From: a virus
Lineage: Duplodnaviria > Caudoviricetes
Direction: 5' to 3' (one strand)
Virus record (IMG/VR): IMGVR_UViG_3300043391_000370
Span: 1-64,000 of that record
Length of the DNA stretch: 64,000 nt
Shown here piece by piece: positions 44,399 to 56,000 of this stretch. The position numbers and the translations under genes are program-made. The first letter of the stretch is position 1; each line of letters begins with the position of its first letter. A model generated the notes under the pieces. The model had not been told where the DNA came from and ran no database searches. It saw only the letters and a program-made list of their open reading frames with translations.

Positions 44399-44427
44399 AT
44401 TATAAGGGATTTTATGGTAGGTGTCAA
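44399..44427 (-). promoter_or_regulatory. Consensus sigma70 promoter
   Basis: TTGACA-17 nt-TATAAT(44399-44404). Confidence 0.75.
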
Positions 44428-44651
44428 GCCTCTGCAGGAACCTCTTCTGAAGTGACATCAACGGTTTGCTCTCCAGCAACTGGTTCGCAAACAGGAGTCG
44501 TGATTGTTGCTTCTATTTCATAATCTGGACCATGCTCTTCAATCAAAGCAGAGACCTCTTCGATTGTATGACCAGTATCGTTATTAGAATCTGCAGTTAA
44601 ATGATACAGATGCATTAAAGGCAGTGTAAGTGTTGTAGTTTCGGTTGCCAT
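44424..44651 (-). CDS. Hypothetical acidic protein
   Basis: ORF track 44424..44711; likely start is MATETT at 44651, abutting the upstream stop. Confidence 0.6.
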   Translation of the reverse strand: MATETTTLTLPLMHLYHLTADSNNDTGHTIEEVSALIEEHGPDYEIEATITTPVCEPVAGEQTVDVTSEEVPAEA

Positions 44652-45682
44652 TAACCTTTCCTCCATAATTCTTTTGAAAATTGTACCCAATCTTGTATGC
44701 GGGTTTCCCAACTGTAGTAATTATTTATGACCTCTACCTGACGAGTACTATCGAACTCACCATTTCGGTATTCCGTAATTGTTCTTTTCAGTTCTCTGGC
44801 AAATCTTTCAATATGCTTTTGACGATCAGGAATATAACCATAATGACGGGCAAATCCCATTCCAGTTTCTGGTAGAGCAGCAAGATTACTGGACAGTACA
44901 GAACATCCAGCAGCAAGTGCCTCAATCATACAAATACAAGAAGTCTCCTGAAAGTATGCAGGATATGCAAAGATATGAGTGTTCATTAACTGCTCACGAA
45001 TCTTAGAGTTATTTGTTCTTGTATGACGAACAACTCTCTTATCAGCATTTGCAAGTGATAAGCAATAACGAAGAAACTGTTCCTCTTGTTCACAGACATG
45101 GGCATATTCATAACTCTGGAATCCTTCTGCATGTTGCTTCTTACGATTATCAGGATCAAGTTCATGGAAGATATGAAGATCAAAGTCTTCTTCGGGAAGA
45201 AGTTTAATCGATTCCAAAAGAACATCCAGACCACGAATAGGATTAGGATGGAACATCAATTGAAGTTTTCCTTCCGGTTTCTGATGCACTTCAAAAGGAT
45301 GAGTTGCATTCTTCAAGACATAACACTTCTCCATCGGAAGACCAAACTTCTCACCAAATCTTTCGTACTGCCAATCAGAAACAAAGACATATGCCTTAAA
45401 GTGTTTCTGGAATTGTTTGTCCATCAGTTGTTCTAGGTTGGCTTCCAGATGATGTGGATGCAACCAAACAATATTTGAACTATCAGGTGCGATTACATTA
45501 TCACCTGGAATCACACACCAATGCCAGTCTGCAAGGTCAGGAGCAGCAGGAAGAACTAGATCTTGCCATGCTCTTCCCATAATCTCAGTACCACCAGTTC
45601 CATCGGGATTTAGTGATGCTTCCAGAAGTGGGGGCATATTGTTGTGTAGATATTCAGGTTTTGTGTTTACAGTTTCAGTCAT
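44651..45682 (-). CDS. Glycosyltransferase, GT-B fold (GT4-like)
   Basis: GGTE, FVSDWQ, RGLDVLL, AYPAYFQETSCICMIEALAAG..VL.S.L.ALPET. Confidence 0.88.
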   Translation of the reverse strand: MTETVNTKPEYLHNNMPPLLEASLNPDGTGGTEIMGRAWQDLVLPAAPDLADWHWCVIPGDNVIAPDSSNIVWLHPHHLEANLEQLMDKQFQKHFKAYVFVSDWQYERFGEKFGLPMEKCYVLKNATHPFEVHQKPEGKLQLMFHPNPIRGLDVLLESIKLLPEEDFDLHIFHELDPDNRKKQHAEGFQSYEYAHVCEQEEQFLRYCLSLANADKRVVRHTRTNNSKIREQLMNTHIFAYPAYFQETSCICMIEALAAGCSVLSSNLAALPETGMGFARHYGYIPDRQKHIERFARELKRTITEYRNGEFDSTRQVEVINNYYSWETRIQDWVQFSKELWRKG

Positions 45683-46554
45683 ACTACCTCCTTTAAGAAG
45701 TTTTCCATCGGTGATTTTTTGAATATCTCAAGTCCTTGTTCTGCCTGTTCATCAAGTTTTTTTGCATCTCTTAGAAGTTCATAAGTCTTTCTTACAAAGT
45801 CTTCATAAGGTGCAGTATTTACAGTACCTTCCATATAATCGGGAAAGTCAGTTGTTACATTTCTTTCAGAGATTACAGGCACTTTATTCTGAATTAAATG
45901 TGATACACGAATGATCTCAAAGATTTCATTATCGTGATTGTGTAAATTGATGACTAACTTTGCTCTCTTAATGAGATCATCTCGTTCATCACCATAGGTG
46001 CTTTGAACTGCAACGAAGTTGACATTCTTATCTTCGGCAAACTGATTCATAATGTTCAGTCTTCTTTGACTTGGAGACATATAGGCAAGAATATCAATAT
46101 CTCTTTCCTCTGGTTTGTTTCTTTCAAAGTATGAGATTTCTGGAACATATCCAATTTGAACATGCTTGATATTTTCTACACCTGCCTTTTGAAGTACATC
46201 AACATTTCGTTTTGAATAGTCCCATACTTCAAGACCACGATACTTACGACACCAACGCAGACATTCTGGTTGATCTCTCATCTGTTCCAAAGAATAAACA
46301 ATCGTATCTTTTGGAATGTCGTGTCTCACAACGTCCACAGGAGTATGATGCATTCCAAATACAATATTTCGTGCATTCGGATTGAAGTCATTAATACTAT
46401 TCGTTACTTCATGTCCCAATTTTTGAAGAGTAAAATAAACTGCTGCTTCAATTTCGTTAAAGACATTTGAATGAACATAGAACCCATTATCAGGCACTAT
46501 ACGGCACAAATTAAATCTCATAAATAAACTCTCCAAAGTTTTTCTTAATATCAC
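45679..46554 (-). CDS. Putative glycosyltransferase (GT-B-like)
   Basis: EVWDYS..N, DIDIL, R...I..AKLVINLH......FE..RV..L..NKV.VISE. Confidence 0.7.
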   Translation of the reverse strand: MILRKTLESLFMRFNLCRIVPDNGFYVHSNVFNEIEAAVYFTLQKLGHEVTNSINDFNPNARNIVFGMHHTPVDVVRHDIPKDTIVYSLEQMRDQPECLRWCRKYRGLEVWDYSKRNVDVLQKAGVENIKHVQIGYVPEISYFERNKPEERDIDILAYMSPSQRRLNIMNQFAEDKNVNFVAVQSTYGDERDDLIKRAKLVINLHNHDNEIFEIIRVSHLIQNKVPVISERNVTTDFPDYMEGTVNTAPYEDFVRKTYELLRDAKKLDEQAEQGLEIFKKSPMENFLKEVV

Positions 46555-47944
46555 TAATTAGATTTATATCCTTAGAAACAATACCCAAACCGTTCGAATG
46601 ACGGAAGTTTGTTTTAGGTAGATTGATTTCCTTAAAGAATCGACTCACACCATAACCTGCTTTATCTACACAAGTATCGTGCATCAGAATGATACCATCT
46701 TCCTTTACAAACTTGATCCAAGTTTCAAAGTCATTCTTGACTGCTTCATAAGTATGATAACCATCAATATGAAGAATGTCAATTGGTTTGTTCCAGGTTT
46801 TTGCCACATCATCAAATAAACCTTTGATTAAGGTAATATTAGATAATTCAAGTTCTTTTTGTTTCTCAAGTACATATTCATAAGTATCACGAATACCTGC
46901 CTGATCATCACCCTCAAAACTATCCACACCATAGATATGACCTATTTCTGGAAGTGCAAAACAGAATGTTGAGTATCCATAATCCACACCAAGATCCACG
47001 ATTGTTTCTGGTTTCTTGATACGAACCAACCAATCGGCAAACTGCCTATGATCTCTCCAGTTCATATTACTTCTTGTGCCAACCTCTGTAAGAGTATGAA
47101 TCTTGTTAAATCGACGAACCTCTTCTTCACTCTTATGACTCTCATCATACATCTCTCTTGGATAGTAGATGAAGTATCTTTCCAGACCTTGATTATCATA
47201 CTGATGATGACGACGATAATGAAAACAGAACTGCTTTGGAATACCAGTTGCCATCCAAAGTTCAAAACAATAACGATAGTTTTGTAGTTCTCTCATCATA
47301 GCTTCAACATCCATGTACTCTTCAATCTTGAGTGGATGTTTCAGTTTACGAATGTAATCATTTCGTGCCCACCAGAAGTTTCCGGCATAGTGCTGAACCA
47401 CAAAGTCCAATTTAATGTCGTGCCTTTCAACCCAATCAACACCACAGCAATCATATCCTTCATCTAGTTTGGCAATACAATCTTCCCACTTTTCAATATT
47501 AAAGTACTGCATATAGTGCCTCCAATCTTTGATGGCACCAGGAATGTGGGTTGTATAAGAACTCATTCCTTTGTTATGGAAGTAGAAGGTATAACCATCA
47601 TCTTCTAGAGCATGTTCATAAATCTTTGCAAGAGTCTGTCCTTCATAAAGATTTGGTTGCTCTCCTACGTTCCTGACATCGATAATGTTCACAAAAGGGA
47701 ATCGTTCTTTAATATATCCAAGAACCATGTCATCATAAGAATGCCCAGTCTTAGAGTTGTGCAGTCCTAAAGGAAGAGTCACGCACATATTGACCGTTGC
47801 CTTATCAGCAAGACCACTAGATCTCAACAATCCCATTTGCTCATCAATCCACCAGATCCACATATTCTGTGTGTCGGGAATGAATAGATGATAGAAAATT
47901 GTAATTGTTTTCTTAATTTCTTTTTCGTTTTTATAATTGAGCAT
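46511..47944 (-). CDS. Fusion of an uncharacterised HxKG/GNFWW domain and a class I SAM methyltransferase (Methyltransf_24-like)
   Basis: YFHNKG...YAGNFWWA; C-terminal IVDLGVDYGYST, DSFEGD, IDILHIDGYHTYEAVKNDF, ILMHD; likely start MLNYK (47944). Confidence 0.75.
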   Translation of the reverse strand: MLNYKNEKEIKKTITIFYHLFIPDTQNMWIWWIDEQMGLLRSSGLADKATVNMCVTLPLGLHNSKTGHSYDDMVLGYIKERFPFVNIIDVRNVGEQPNLYEGQTLAKIYEHALEDDGYTFYFHNKGMSSYTTHIPGAIKDWRHYMQYFNIEKWEDCIAKLDEGYDCCGVDWVERHDIKLDFVVQHYAGNFWWARNDYIRKLKHPLKIEEYMDVEAMMRELQNYRYCFELWMATGIPKQFCFHYRRHHQYDNQGLERYFIYYPREMYDESHKSEEEVRRFNKIHTLTEVGTRSNMNWRDHRQFADWLVRIKKPETIVDLGVDYGYSTFCFALPEIGHIYGVDSFEGDDQAGIRDTYEYVLEKQKELELSNITLIKGLFDDVAKTWNKPIDILHIDGYHTYEAVKNDFETWIKFVKEDGIILMHDTCVDKAGYGVSRFFKEINLPKTNFRHSNGLGIVSKDINLISDIKKNFGEFIYEI

Positions 47945-48632
47945 ATCGTTCTCTTGGATAAAGTGCATGATAATGATCAACAGCACTATAATGAATTGAT
48001 CTTACCTTTGGTTTGTTGGTTGCTAACCACACCTCATAACAGAATCGATGCCCACCTAGTTTTTCGGTGAGACTCTCATCATAATATAAAGTTCTGTCCA
48101 ATACATTTGGAAGTGTTTTGATATAGTCGGTAGTTGCCCACCAGAAGTTTCCAGAAAAATGTGGATAGAACTCATGAGTCCAGTTCGTAGAAACTGCATC
48201 TACCTGATCATCTTCAATTTTCTGAACACAATCTTTCCACCTTTCAATTGACCAGTAGTTCATATAGTGTCTCCAGTCTTCTACAGGTGGAGAACCATAT
48301 TGTAGCATACCTTTGGAGTGAATGTAAAGGACATATCCATCATTTGTTTTTGAATATGTCTGAAGTTCTTTAAGTGTTTGCCCTTCGAAGAGATTCTCCT
48401 GTTCACCTTTTCCAGACATTACTCTAGAAGATAAAATATTTACAAAAGGAAACTTCTGTTTAATAAAGATTTTGATTTCATTTACGGCAAAATCAGGTGC
48501 GGCAAAGCACATATTAACCGTTGCCGCATCTGCCAAACCACTTGACTTTACGAGTGATAGTTGCTCTGTCACAATCTTATCCCAGGCACTATTCATGGCA
48601 CCTAGGTGATAAAATACTGCAAGTTTTTTCAT
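47931..48632 (-). CDS. Stand-alone paralog of the HxKG/GNFWW domain
   Basis: LYIHSKG...WRHYMNYW...HFSGNFWWA...RFCYEVW. Confidence 0.7.
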   Translation of the reverse strand: MKKLAVFYHLGAMNSAWDKIVTEQLSLVKSSGLADAATVNMCFAAPDFAVNEIKIFIKQKFPFVNILSSRVMSGKGEQENLFEGQTLKELQTYSKTNDGYVLYIHSKGMLQYGSPPVEDWRHYMNYWSIERWKDCVQKIEDDQVDAVSTNWTHEFYPHFSGNFWWATTDYIKTLPNVLDRTLYYDESLTEKLGGHRFCYEVWLATNKPKVRSIHYSAVDHYHALYPRERYAQL

Positions 48633-49312
48633 ACTACAATATTAGACTTAACGTGCCCCACGACTACAGTTGGATCAACAAAAACTTGATGACCATTTTG
48701 TGCGACTCTATCACACCAGTCCAGGTCTTCACCCAATGGAAGTTCATAAATGACTCCATCAACTTCCTGAACAACTTTGCCAAGACCATACCAAGGACGT
48801 TTGATACCTTCAAAGACTCCTTGCTTGACGCACATGAAACCAAGACCAACACCATAGACTGGAAATGAATCTCCGACTTGCTGAAGTAATGAGATCTCAT
48901 CTCTAGTCATCGGACGATAATCATCTTTGTTTTGATGAATCATGGCATCGGCACCTTGTGCCTCAAAATAGACACCAGAAATAATATCCTGTTCTGAACT
49001 ATAGAGTTTCAGAAAGTGCTCAGGATTCCAGACAATATCACTATCGATACAGAATAGTTTATCATAAGTGTATTGTCCTTTGCCTGGTTGAGAATTAAAG
49101 ACTTCTAACTGACGACTACCAGTAATGGTTGCTTCTCTTGCATTCGTGACAATCGAAGCATACTCATTCTGATAGTGCCAGGTCAGTCCATTTGCCTGAA
49201 GAGCCTGAATGGTTCCTAGCAAAGACTTAACATACTCCGACACCATGTTACGACCTGGTGTCGTAATGACCACATTAAAGTGTGGTTTTTGATTATTTTG
49301 ATATTTCATCAT
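48629..49312 (-). CDS. GT-A (GT2-like) glycosyltransferase
   Basis: DxD motif CIDSDIVW; GLGFM.VK.GVFE....PW; GEDL.WC; VGHVK. Confidence 0.75.
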   Translation of the reverse strand: MMKYQNNQKPHFNVVITTPGRNMVSEYVKSLLGTIQALQANGLTWHYQNEYASIVTNAREATITGSRQLEVFNSQPGKGQYTYDKLFCIDSDIVWNPEHFLKLYSSEQDIISGVYFEAQGADAMIHQNKDDYRPMTRDEISLLQQVGDSFPVYGVGLGFMCVKQGVFEGIKRPWYGLGKVVQEVDGVIYELPLGEDLDWCDRVAQNGHQVFVDPTVVVGHVKSNIVV

Positions 49313-50034
49313 AGTACGATCATTTTTTCATGTCCAACTCTAACCTTTGGATTACACCAAATCTCAAAACCATATTCCCTAAAGTCCTCACACATCGCAA
49401 CATCTTCTGAGCACATGTCCTCAAGAATAACTCCATCCTCACGAATGAGTTGAACTTTCTTTGGTGCAAACCAAGGATAAGGAATCTTCTCAAAGACACC
49501 TTTCTTCATCAGAACCCAACCAAATCCACAGTACTCAATCTTAAATGGTCCTGGTCGTCTTTGCATATCTTCAATTGTCTCAAAGTAATAAGAACCTTTG
49601 TTCATCAAAAGTTTCTTATCCATATCAACGACGACTGTGGACTGATTGGATGATGCAGTTCCATTTGATTGGACATACCAACCAGTCGAAATATCCTTAT
49701 CCATCTCAAGAAGGTCTAAGACATTCTGTGTATTGAAAACAATATCACTATCGATCCACATAATATAATCATAATTAACCTGACCTCTCCAGGGAGTCAG
49801 CATCGTTCCGGCAAAGTTATCTGCCTGCAAACAATCAGTTCGGGCAAAGTTTACCATCGAACTATAGTGTTGAGAGATGTAAAAATTGATTCCGAGTTGG
49901 TTTAAATCAAAAACCAATCGAATGAATTGTGTGAGAAATGTACCTGAATATGAACGACCCGGAAGACAGAAGGCAATTGTTTTTCCTTTAAAATCATTCT
50001 TCGGTTGATTCGAATAATTTAGCATAAATGACAA
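49309..50034 (-). CDS. GT-A (GT2-like) glycosyltransferase, paralog of 48629..49312
   Basis: WIDSDIVF; GFGWVL.KKGVFE..PYPWF; SEDV.MC; VGHEK. Confidence 0.78.
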   Translation of the reverse strand: MSFMLNYSNQPKNDFKGKTIAFCLPGRSYSGTFLTQFIRLVFDLNQLGINFYISQHYSSMVNFARTDCLQADNFAGTMLTPWRGQVNYDYIMWIDSDIVFNTQNVLDLLEMDKDISTGWYVQSNGTASSNQSTVVVDMDKKLLMNKGSYYFETIEDMQRRPGPFKIEYCGFGWVLMKKGVFEKIPYPWFAPKKVQLIREDGVILEDMCSEDVAMCEDFREYGFEIWCNPKVRVGHEKMIVL

Positions 50035-50070
50035 TCAGATAATAATGATTATAGCATATCTAGGCAAGTT

Positions 50071-53000
50071 TTACCACCAGGTAATTTTAACATATCCATC
50101 CCCACCATCTCCACCGACACCAAAGGTTTGATTTTCATCTGCATATGCACCACCACCTCCACCACCTCCACGATCCCCATTACCACCATCACCGGCAATT
50201 CCTATTGAAGTTATAGAAGATGAAGATAGGGTTCCAGAAACACCAGCTGCGGCATAACCAGCAGCACCATAGGTAATTGAATTCAAAAGGTTTGTTGTGG
50301 TGGATGTTCTTGATGTCCAGGTGATCGCATCCGTGGAGAGTCTGATTACACCACCAGCACCGACTGCATAATAGATGCTGTTCAAATAACTTAATCTAAA
50401 AATTGCAGAAGTACCAAAACCTGTTGTTCTTTGTTCCCAAATGATTGTATCTGTGGATGTTCTAAGCAATCCAGCATTACCACCGGCAAAGAATACTGTA
50501 CCATAACTTACGGCATTAATGTTTGTTGTACCAAATCCTGTGGTTCTTAGTACCCAAGAAATCGTATCAGTCGAAGTGATAATAGTATTGGTCACACCGA
50601 AATAATCACTTGTTGCCGCAACATAATAATTACTATCATAAGTGAGTGCAGTAATGGACTGAACATTTGTCATAACCGTGGTTCTTAATGTCCAGGAAGC
50701 AGTATCTGCAGAAACGGCAAAGTATGCACCATTCACACCATAAGATGATAGAAGTGTCTGAGTCGATGCAGTTAGAGTTCCTGCTGCACCGGCAAGTAGG
50801 TAGTTATTATTACCATAGACTGAAGTAGAAATTGCCGTTGTACCAAATCCAGAAGTTCTTGCAGTCCATACAATACCATCAGTCGAAGTTCTACTGATTG
50901 CACTATTACCGGAAGCAACATATATTCCATCACCATAAACATAAATGATACTGTTGACATTTATCGTACCAAATCCAGTAGTTCTTGTTGTCCAGGCAAT
51001 TGCATCTGTTGAAGTTCTTAATGTTGCAGCACCACCAGCAATATAGATTGTTCCATAAGTTAATGCAAGTATACTAGAAGTACCGAATCCAGTAGTTCTT
51101 GAAGTCCAGACAATTGAGTCCGTGGATGTTCCAAGCAATCCACCATTACCACCGGCAACAAAAAGAGTTCCGGCAGTAAAGGCATTAATTTGAGTTGCAC
51201 CGAATCCTGATGTTCTTTCAGACCAGGTGATATTATCAGTAGAAGCAATCAAACTTCTAGCATTTCCAAGATAGTTGGTGCCTGTTGCAAGATTATAACT
51301 TAGTTGCGTGGTTGTAGAAGTTGTTATGGTTCCACCATAACCACCGGCAACAAGAATATTATTTGCAAAAAGTAATTGAGCACGAACGATTGATGTTCCA
51401 AAACCAGGGTTTCTTAAAGTCCAGGTGATTGCATCTGTTGAAATATTTAATCTTCCACCATCACCACCAATAACATAAAGATTATTTGCATAAAGTAAAG
51501 ACCAAATGCTTCCCCCAGTAAATCCAGAAGTTCTTAATGTCCAGGTGATTGCATCTGTTGAAGTGCCTAAAGATGGACCACCACCAATACTAGCAGCAAC
51601 ATAAAGACCATTCCCATAAACTAAAGAATAAATGATTGTTGTACCAAATCCAGAAGTTCTTTGTGTCCAGGTGATTGCATCTGTTGAAGTGTTTAAGATT
51701 GCACTATCACCAGCAGCAACATAAAGATTATTTCCATAGACTACAGAAAAAATATATGAACTACCAAAACCAGAGCAAGTTCTTAATGTCCAGGTAAGTG
51801 AGTCTGTGGATGTTGACAGATTTCCAGACTGATTTCCAGTTACATACTGATTATTTGCATAAATGATTGACCACGTTTGCGTGGCAGGTGTGGTTCGGTA
51901 TTGCCAGACAATTCCATCAGTTGAAGTATTTAAGAATCCACCATCACCACTTAGGAAATAAGTATTATTTGCATAAGTTGAAGTGATAAAATTATCAACC
52001 ATACCATTAGAAGTTCTTTGAGTCCAGGTGATAGTATCTGTTGAAGTGACTATAGTTCCACCACCACCAGCAGCAACATAAAGACCATTCCCATAAGTTA
52101 GAGCATAAATGACTGATGAACCAAATCCAGAGGTTCTTTGAGTCCAAGTACTGAATGGAACTAAAGTACCACCATTTACAGCAGTAAGAGTTTGAATATT
52201 AAGTGCGGTACTTCTAACAGTCCAGGTGATTGTATCGGTTGAAGCATTCAAAGTAACACCAGTACCAAAAGAACCAAGAATACTTTGAGGGGTTGAAATC
52301 ATTCTTCCCGTAATACCACTCATCACAAAAGTCTGATTGCCATAAACTGAAGCAGTAATTGCACTTGTACCAAATCCTGATGTTCTAAGTGTCCAAACAA
52401 TAGCATCCGTTGAAACTAATTGAGTACCCGCAACACCACCAGAAGCATAAACATTATTATTATAAACTAGAGTGTTGATGACTGATACACCAAATCCAGA
52501 AGTCTGTAGTGCCCAGTTAATTGTATCAGTTGAAGTTGTTAAGAAAGGTTGACCGATATAGTTTGTACCGGCAGCAACATAAAGAGATTCACTTGTGGTT
52601 AATGTCGTAATCGTTTGAGTATTAAGTCCAGTACTTCTGAGTGTCCAGGTGATTGTATCAGTCGAAGAACTTAGATATGCACCATTACCAAAGGAAGAAA
52701 GAACAGTATCATTTGAAGTAGTCAGAGTTCCACTTGCACCACCGGCAAAATAAATGTTATTTCCAAAAGTCAGAGCATTAATTTGTGATGTACCAAATCC
52801 AGAAGTTCTGAGTATCCAGGTTATTGCATTTGTAGAAGTTGCCGATACACCATTTACACCAACTGCCGTAAAGACTGATTGCCCATAAGTTAATCCAAGA
52901 ATATTGTTTGCACCAAATCCCGAAGTTCTTAATGTCCAGACAACTGAATCTGTAGAAGATGATACCAATCCACCATTACCACCGGCAAGATAAAGTGTTG

Positions 53001-56000
53001 CTCCATAAGAAATTGCACGAATATCTGTTGTACCAAGTCCAGAAGTTTGTACAATCCAACTGGTTGAATCACGAGAATATGTAATTGTTCCAGAGGCACC
53101 ACCAATAAGATAGAGTCCATCAACAGTTGAATATAATCCGGCATAAATTGTTGATGTACCAAAACCAGAAGTTTGTGCAGTCCAGGTGATTGTATCGGTA
53201 GAAGATGTAAGTGTTCCTGCATCACCACCAGCAATATAGATTCCTAAATCACTTGAGTAGGTTGTTTCATAAATGATTGAAGTACCAAAACCAGAGGTTC
53301 TCAATTCCCAAGTAATTCTATCCGTTGAAGTGGTTAATGTTCCAGCAGCACCACCGGCAACAAAAGATGTTCCATAGGTCAAGGCATTAATTAAAGTCGT
53401 ACCAAAACCAGAAGTTCTTAATATCCAGTTAATGGAATCAGTTGAAGTATTGATGATTCCAGCATCCCCACCGGCAATATAAAAATTATTTCCATAGGTC
53501 AAAGCATTAATTGAAGATGTACCAAAACCAGTAGTGGTTCTTGTAGTCCAAAGAGTTGAAAGTGTGGCACCGGCAGCAACATAAAGATTATTAGTATAAC
53601 CAAAAGCATTAATTGCTAGTGTCGTTCCAGAGGTTCTTTGAGTCCAAACAATATTATTAGTAGAGACTTGTAGATTTCCATTTACCGCAGAAAGGTAATT
53701 GGTTCCTGTTAGGAATGAATAAGATCCACCAGAACCTAGTGTTGTAATTTTATCCAGATTAAGAAATCCAGTAGTTCTTAATGTCCAGTTAATCGCATCA
53801 GTCGAAGCACTTATTACTCCACCATCACCAAGATTAGCAAGTGTGGTTTGTGTTGTAGATGTTAATGTGCCAGCATCACCACCATTTAGATAAGTATTGT
53901 TTCCATAAACAAGTGCTCGTATTGTGGTGCCACCGAATCCTGATGTTCTCAAAGTCCAGGTGATTGCATCTGTAGAACTGATATTTGCACCAGCAACACC
54001 AGAAGCAACATAAACTCCACTATTATGGGCAAGACCAACGAAACTTTGAATTACACCAGCAGTTCTTAATGTCCAGGCAATTGCATCTGTTGAAGTTAAA
54101 ATTGTTCCACTTACACCAGAGACAACATAAACACCAGCATAAAGAGATTGATATAATGCATTTGCGGTTCCTGATGTTCTTGCAGTCCAGGTAATTGCAT
54201 CGGTAGAAGTTTGAATCACACCGGCATTACGTGTTAAAAGATAAGTCGGTGTCGGTAAACTAGAATAATTAAGTGACTGGATAGAATTAGTAACATCACC
54301 AGATGTTCTTATAGTCCAACGAATAGCATCAGTAGAAGTAAATACTGTTACCGAACTAGTAAAAACATAAGTGGATATTGGAGAATCACCATAAGCAATT
54401 GCCACAATACTAAGAGTTGTAGCAGTTCTTTGTGTCCAGGCAATAGTATCTGTAGAAGTTCTTAAAAGTCCAGAACCACCAGATAATACATAAGGTTCAT
54501 TACCTGTAGTTGCAGAACCAGATTTTCCGGCAACATACAGAAGTCCATTACCACCAGAAGATTGACCAATAGTGGCTGCTGTTCCAGAAGTTCTAGAAGT
54601 CCAGGCAATACCATCTGTAGATACTACCAATCTTCCACCAGTACCAGCAGCAAGGAAGTTAGTACCATCATATATTGATGTATAAATTGCAGAAGTACCA
54701 AATCCAGAAGTTCTTTGATCCCAAATAATATTTGCACCACCAATAAGAATCTCACCATTAAAGAATGTTGCAGTATTAATTATAGATGGACTGGTTGATG
54801 TGGTTCTTGTAGTCCAGGCAATTGCATCTGTAGAAGTTCTGGTTGTAATATTACTGGCAGCAAGGTAAATATTATTTCCAAAGGCAAGTGTAGAAATTGT
54901 GGATGTACCGAATCCAGCAGTTCTGAGGAACCAAATTGTAGAAACAGAAGCACCTCCGGCAACGAACTCATTATTAAAGAATGTCATCGCACCAATTGCA
55001 GTCGTTCCGAATCCAGAGGTTCTAATTGCCCAGGAAATTGTATCGGTAGAAGCAGTTAAGAGTCCACCAGCACCGGCAGCAGCATAAAAATTATTACCAA
55101 ATGCAAGTGTGGCAATTGCAGAAGTACCAAATCCTGATGTTCTTTGATTCCACATCGTGGTGATTGTTGCACCACCGGCAAGATAAAGACCGTTATTATA
55201 TCCTAGTGCCGTGATTGGTTGGTTATTGGCAATACCAGGATTTCTTGATGTCCAGTTAATCGTATCCGTAGAGGCAATTATAAAACCTTCGTTTATATAA
55301 TTAGTACCACCGGCAAGATAAAAAGTATTATCAGAGAATGTTGTAGTAATGGTTTGAGTATTGATTCCTGTGGTTCTAAGTGTCCAATTGATCGTATCAG
55401 TAGAGATACTAAAGTGAGCACCATTACCAAACGAAGAAACTTGTGCATCTAAAGCAGTAGCAATTGTTCCACCACTACCAGCAGCATAGAAAGATCCAGA
55501 ATTATATAATAACTGGCCGATTGTGGATCCACCAAATCCAGAAGTCCTAGTGACCCAAGTAATTCCATCTGTTGATGTCGTAACTGTATTTGTTCCAGAA
55601 TTAACTTGACCTCCAGCAACATATACACCATTACCATAACTCAAAGTATTAATAAAGACTGTACCAAATCCTGCTGTTCTTAATGTCCAGACAATTGTAT
55701 TTGTTGAAGTGTTTAGAACTCCACCTTGCCCACCCGCAAGATAAAGATTATTTGCATAAAGTAAAGAGTTAATGTTGGAAGTACCAAATCCAGAAGAAGT
55801 TCTTGAAACCCAAGAAATTGAATCGGTCGAAACTCTAATTGTTCCACCAGCACCACTAGCAAGATAAGGATTTGGTTGCCCAGAAGCATAAATTAATCCG
55901 TTTCCAGCAGCAAAATTACCAATACCAGATGTACCAAATCCAGAAGTTCTTAAAGTCCATGCAATTGTATCTGTTGAAGTGTTTATAATTCCAGAAGTAG

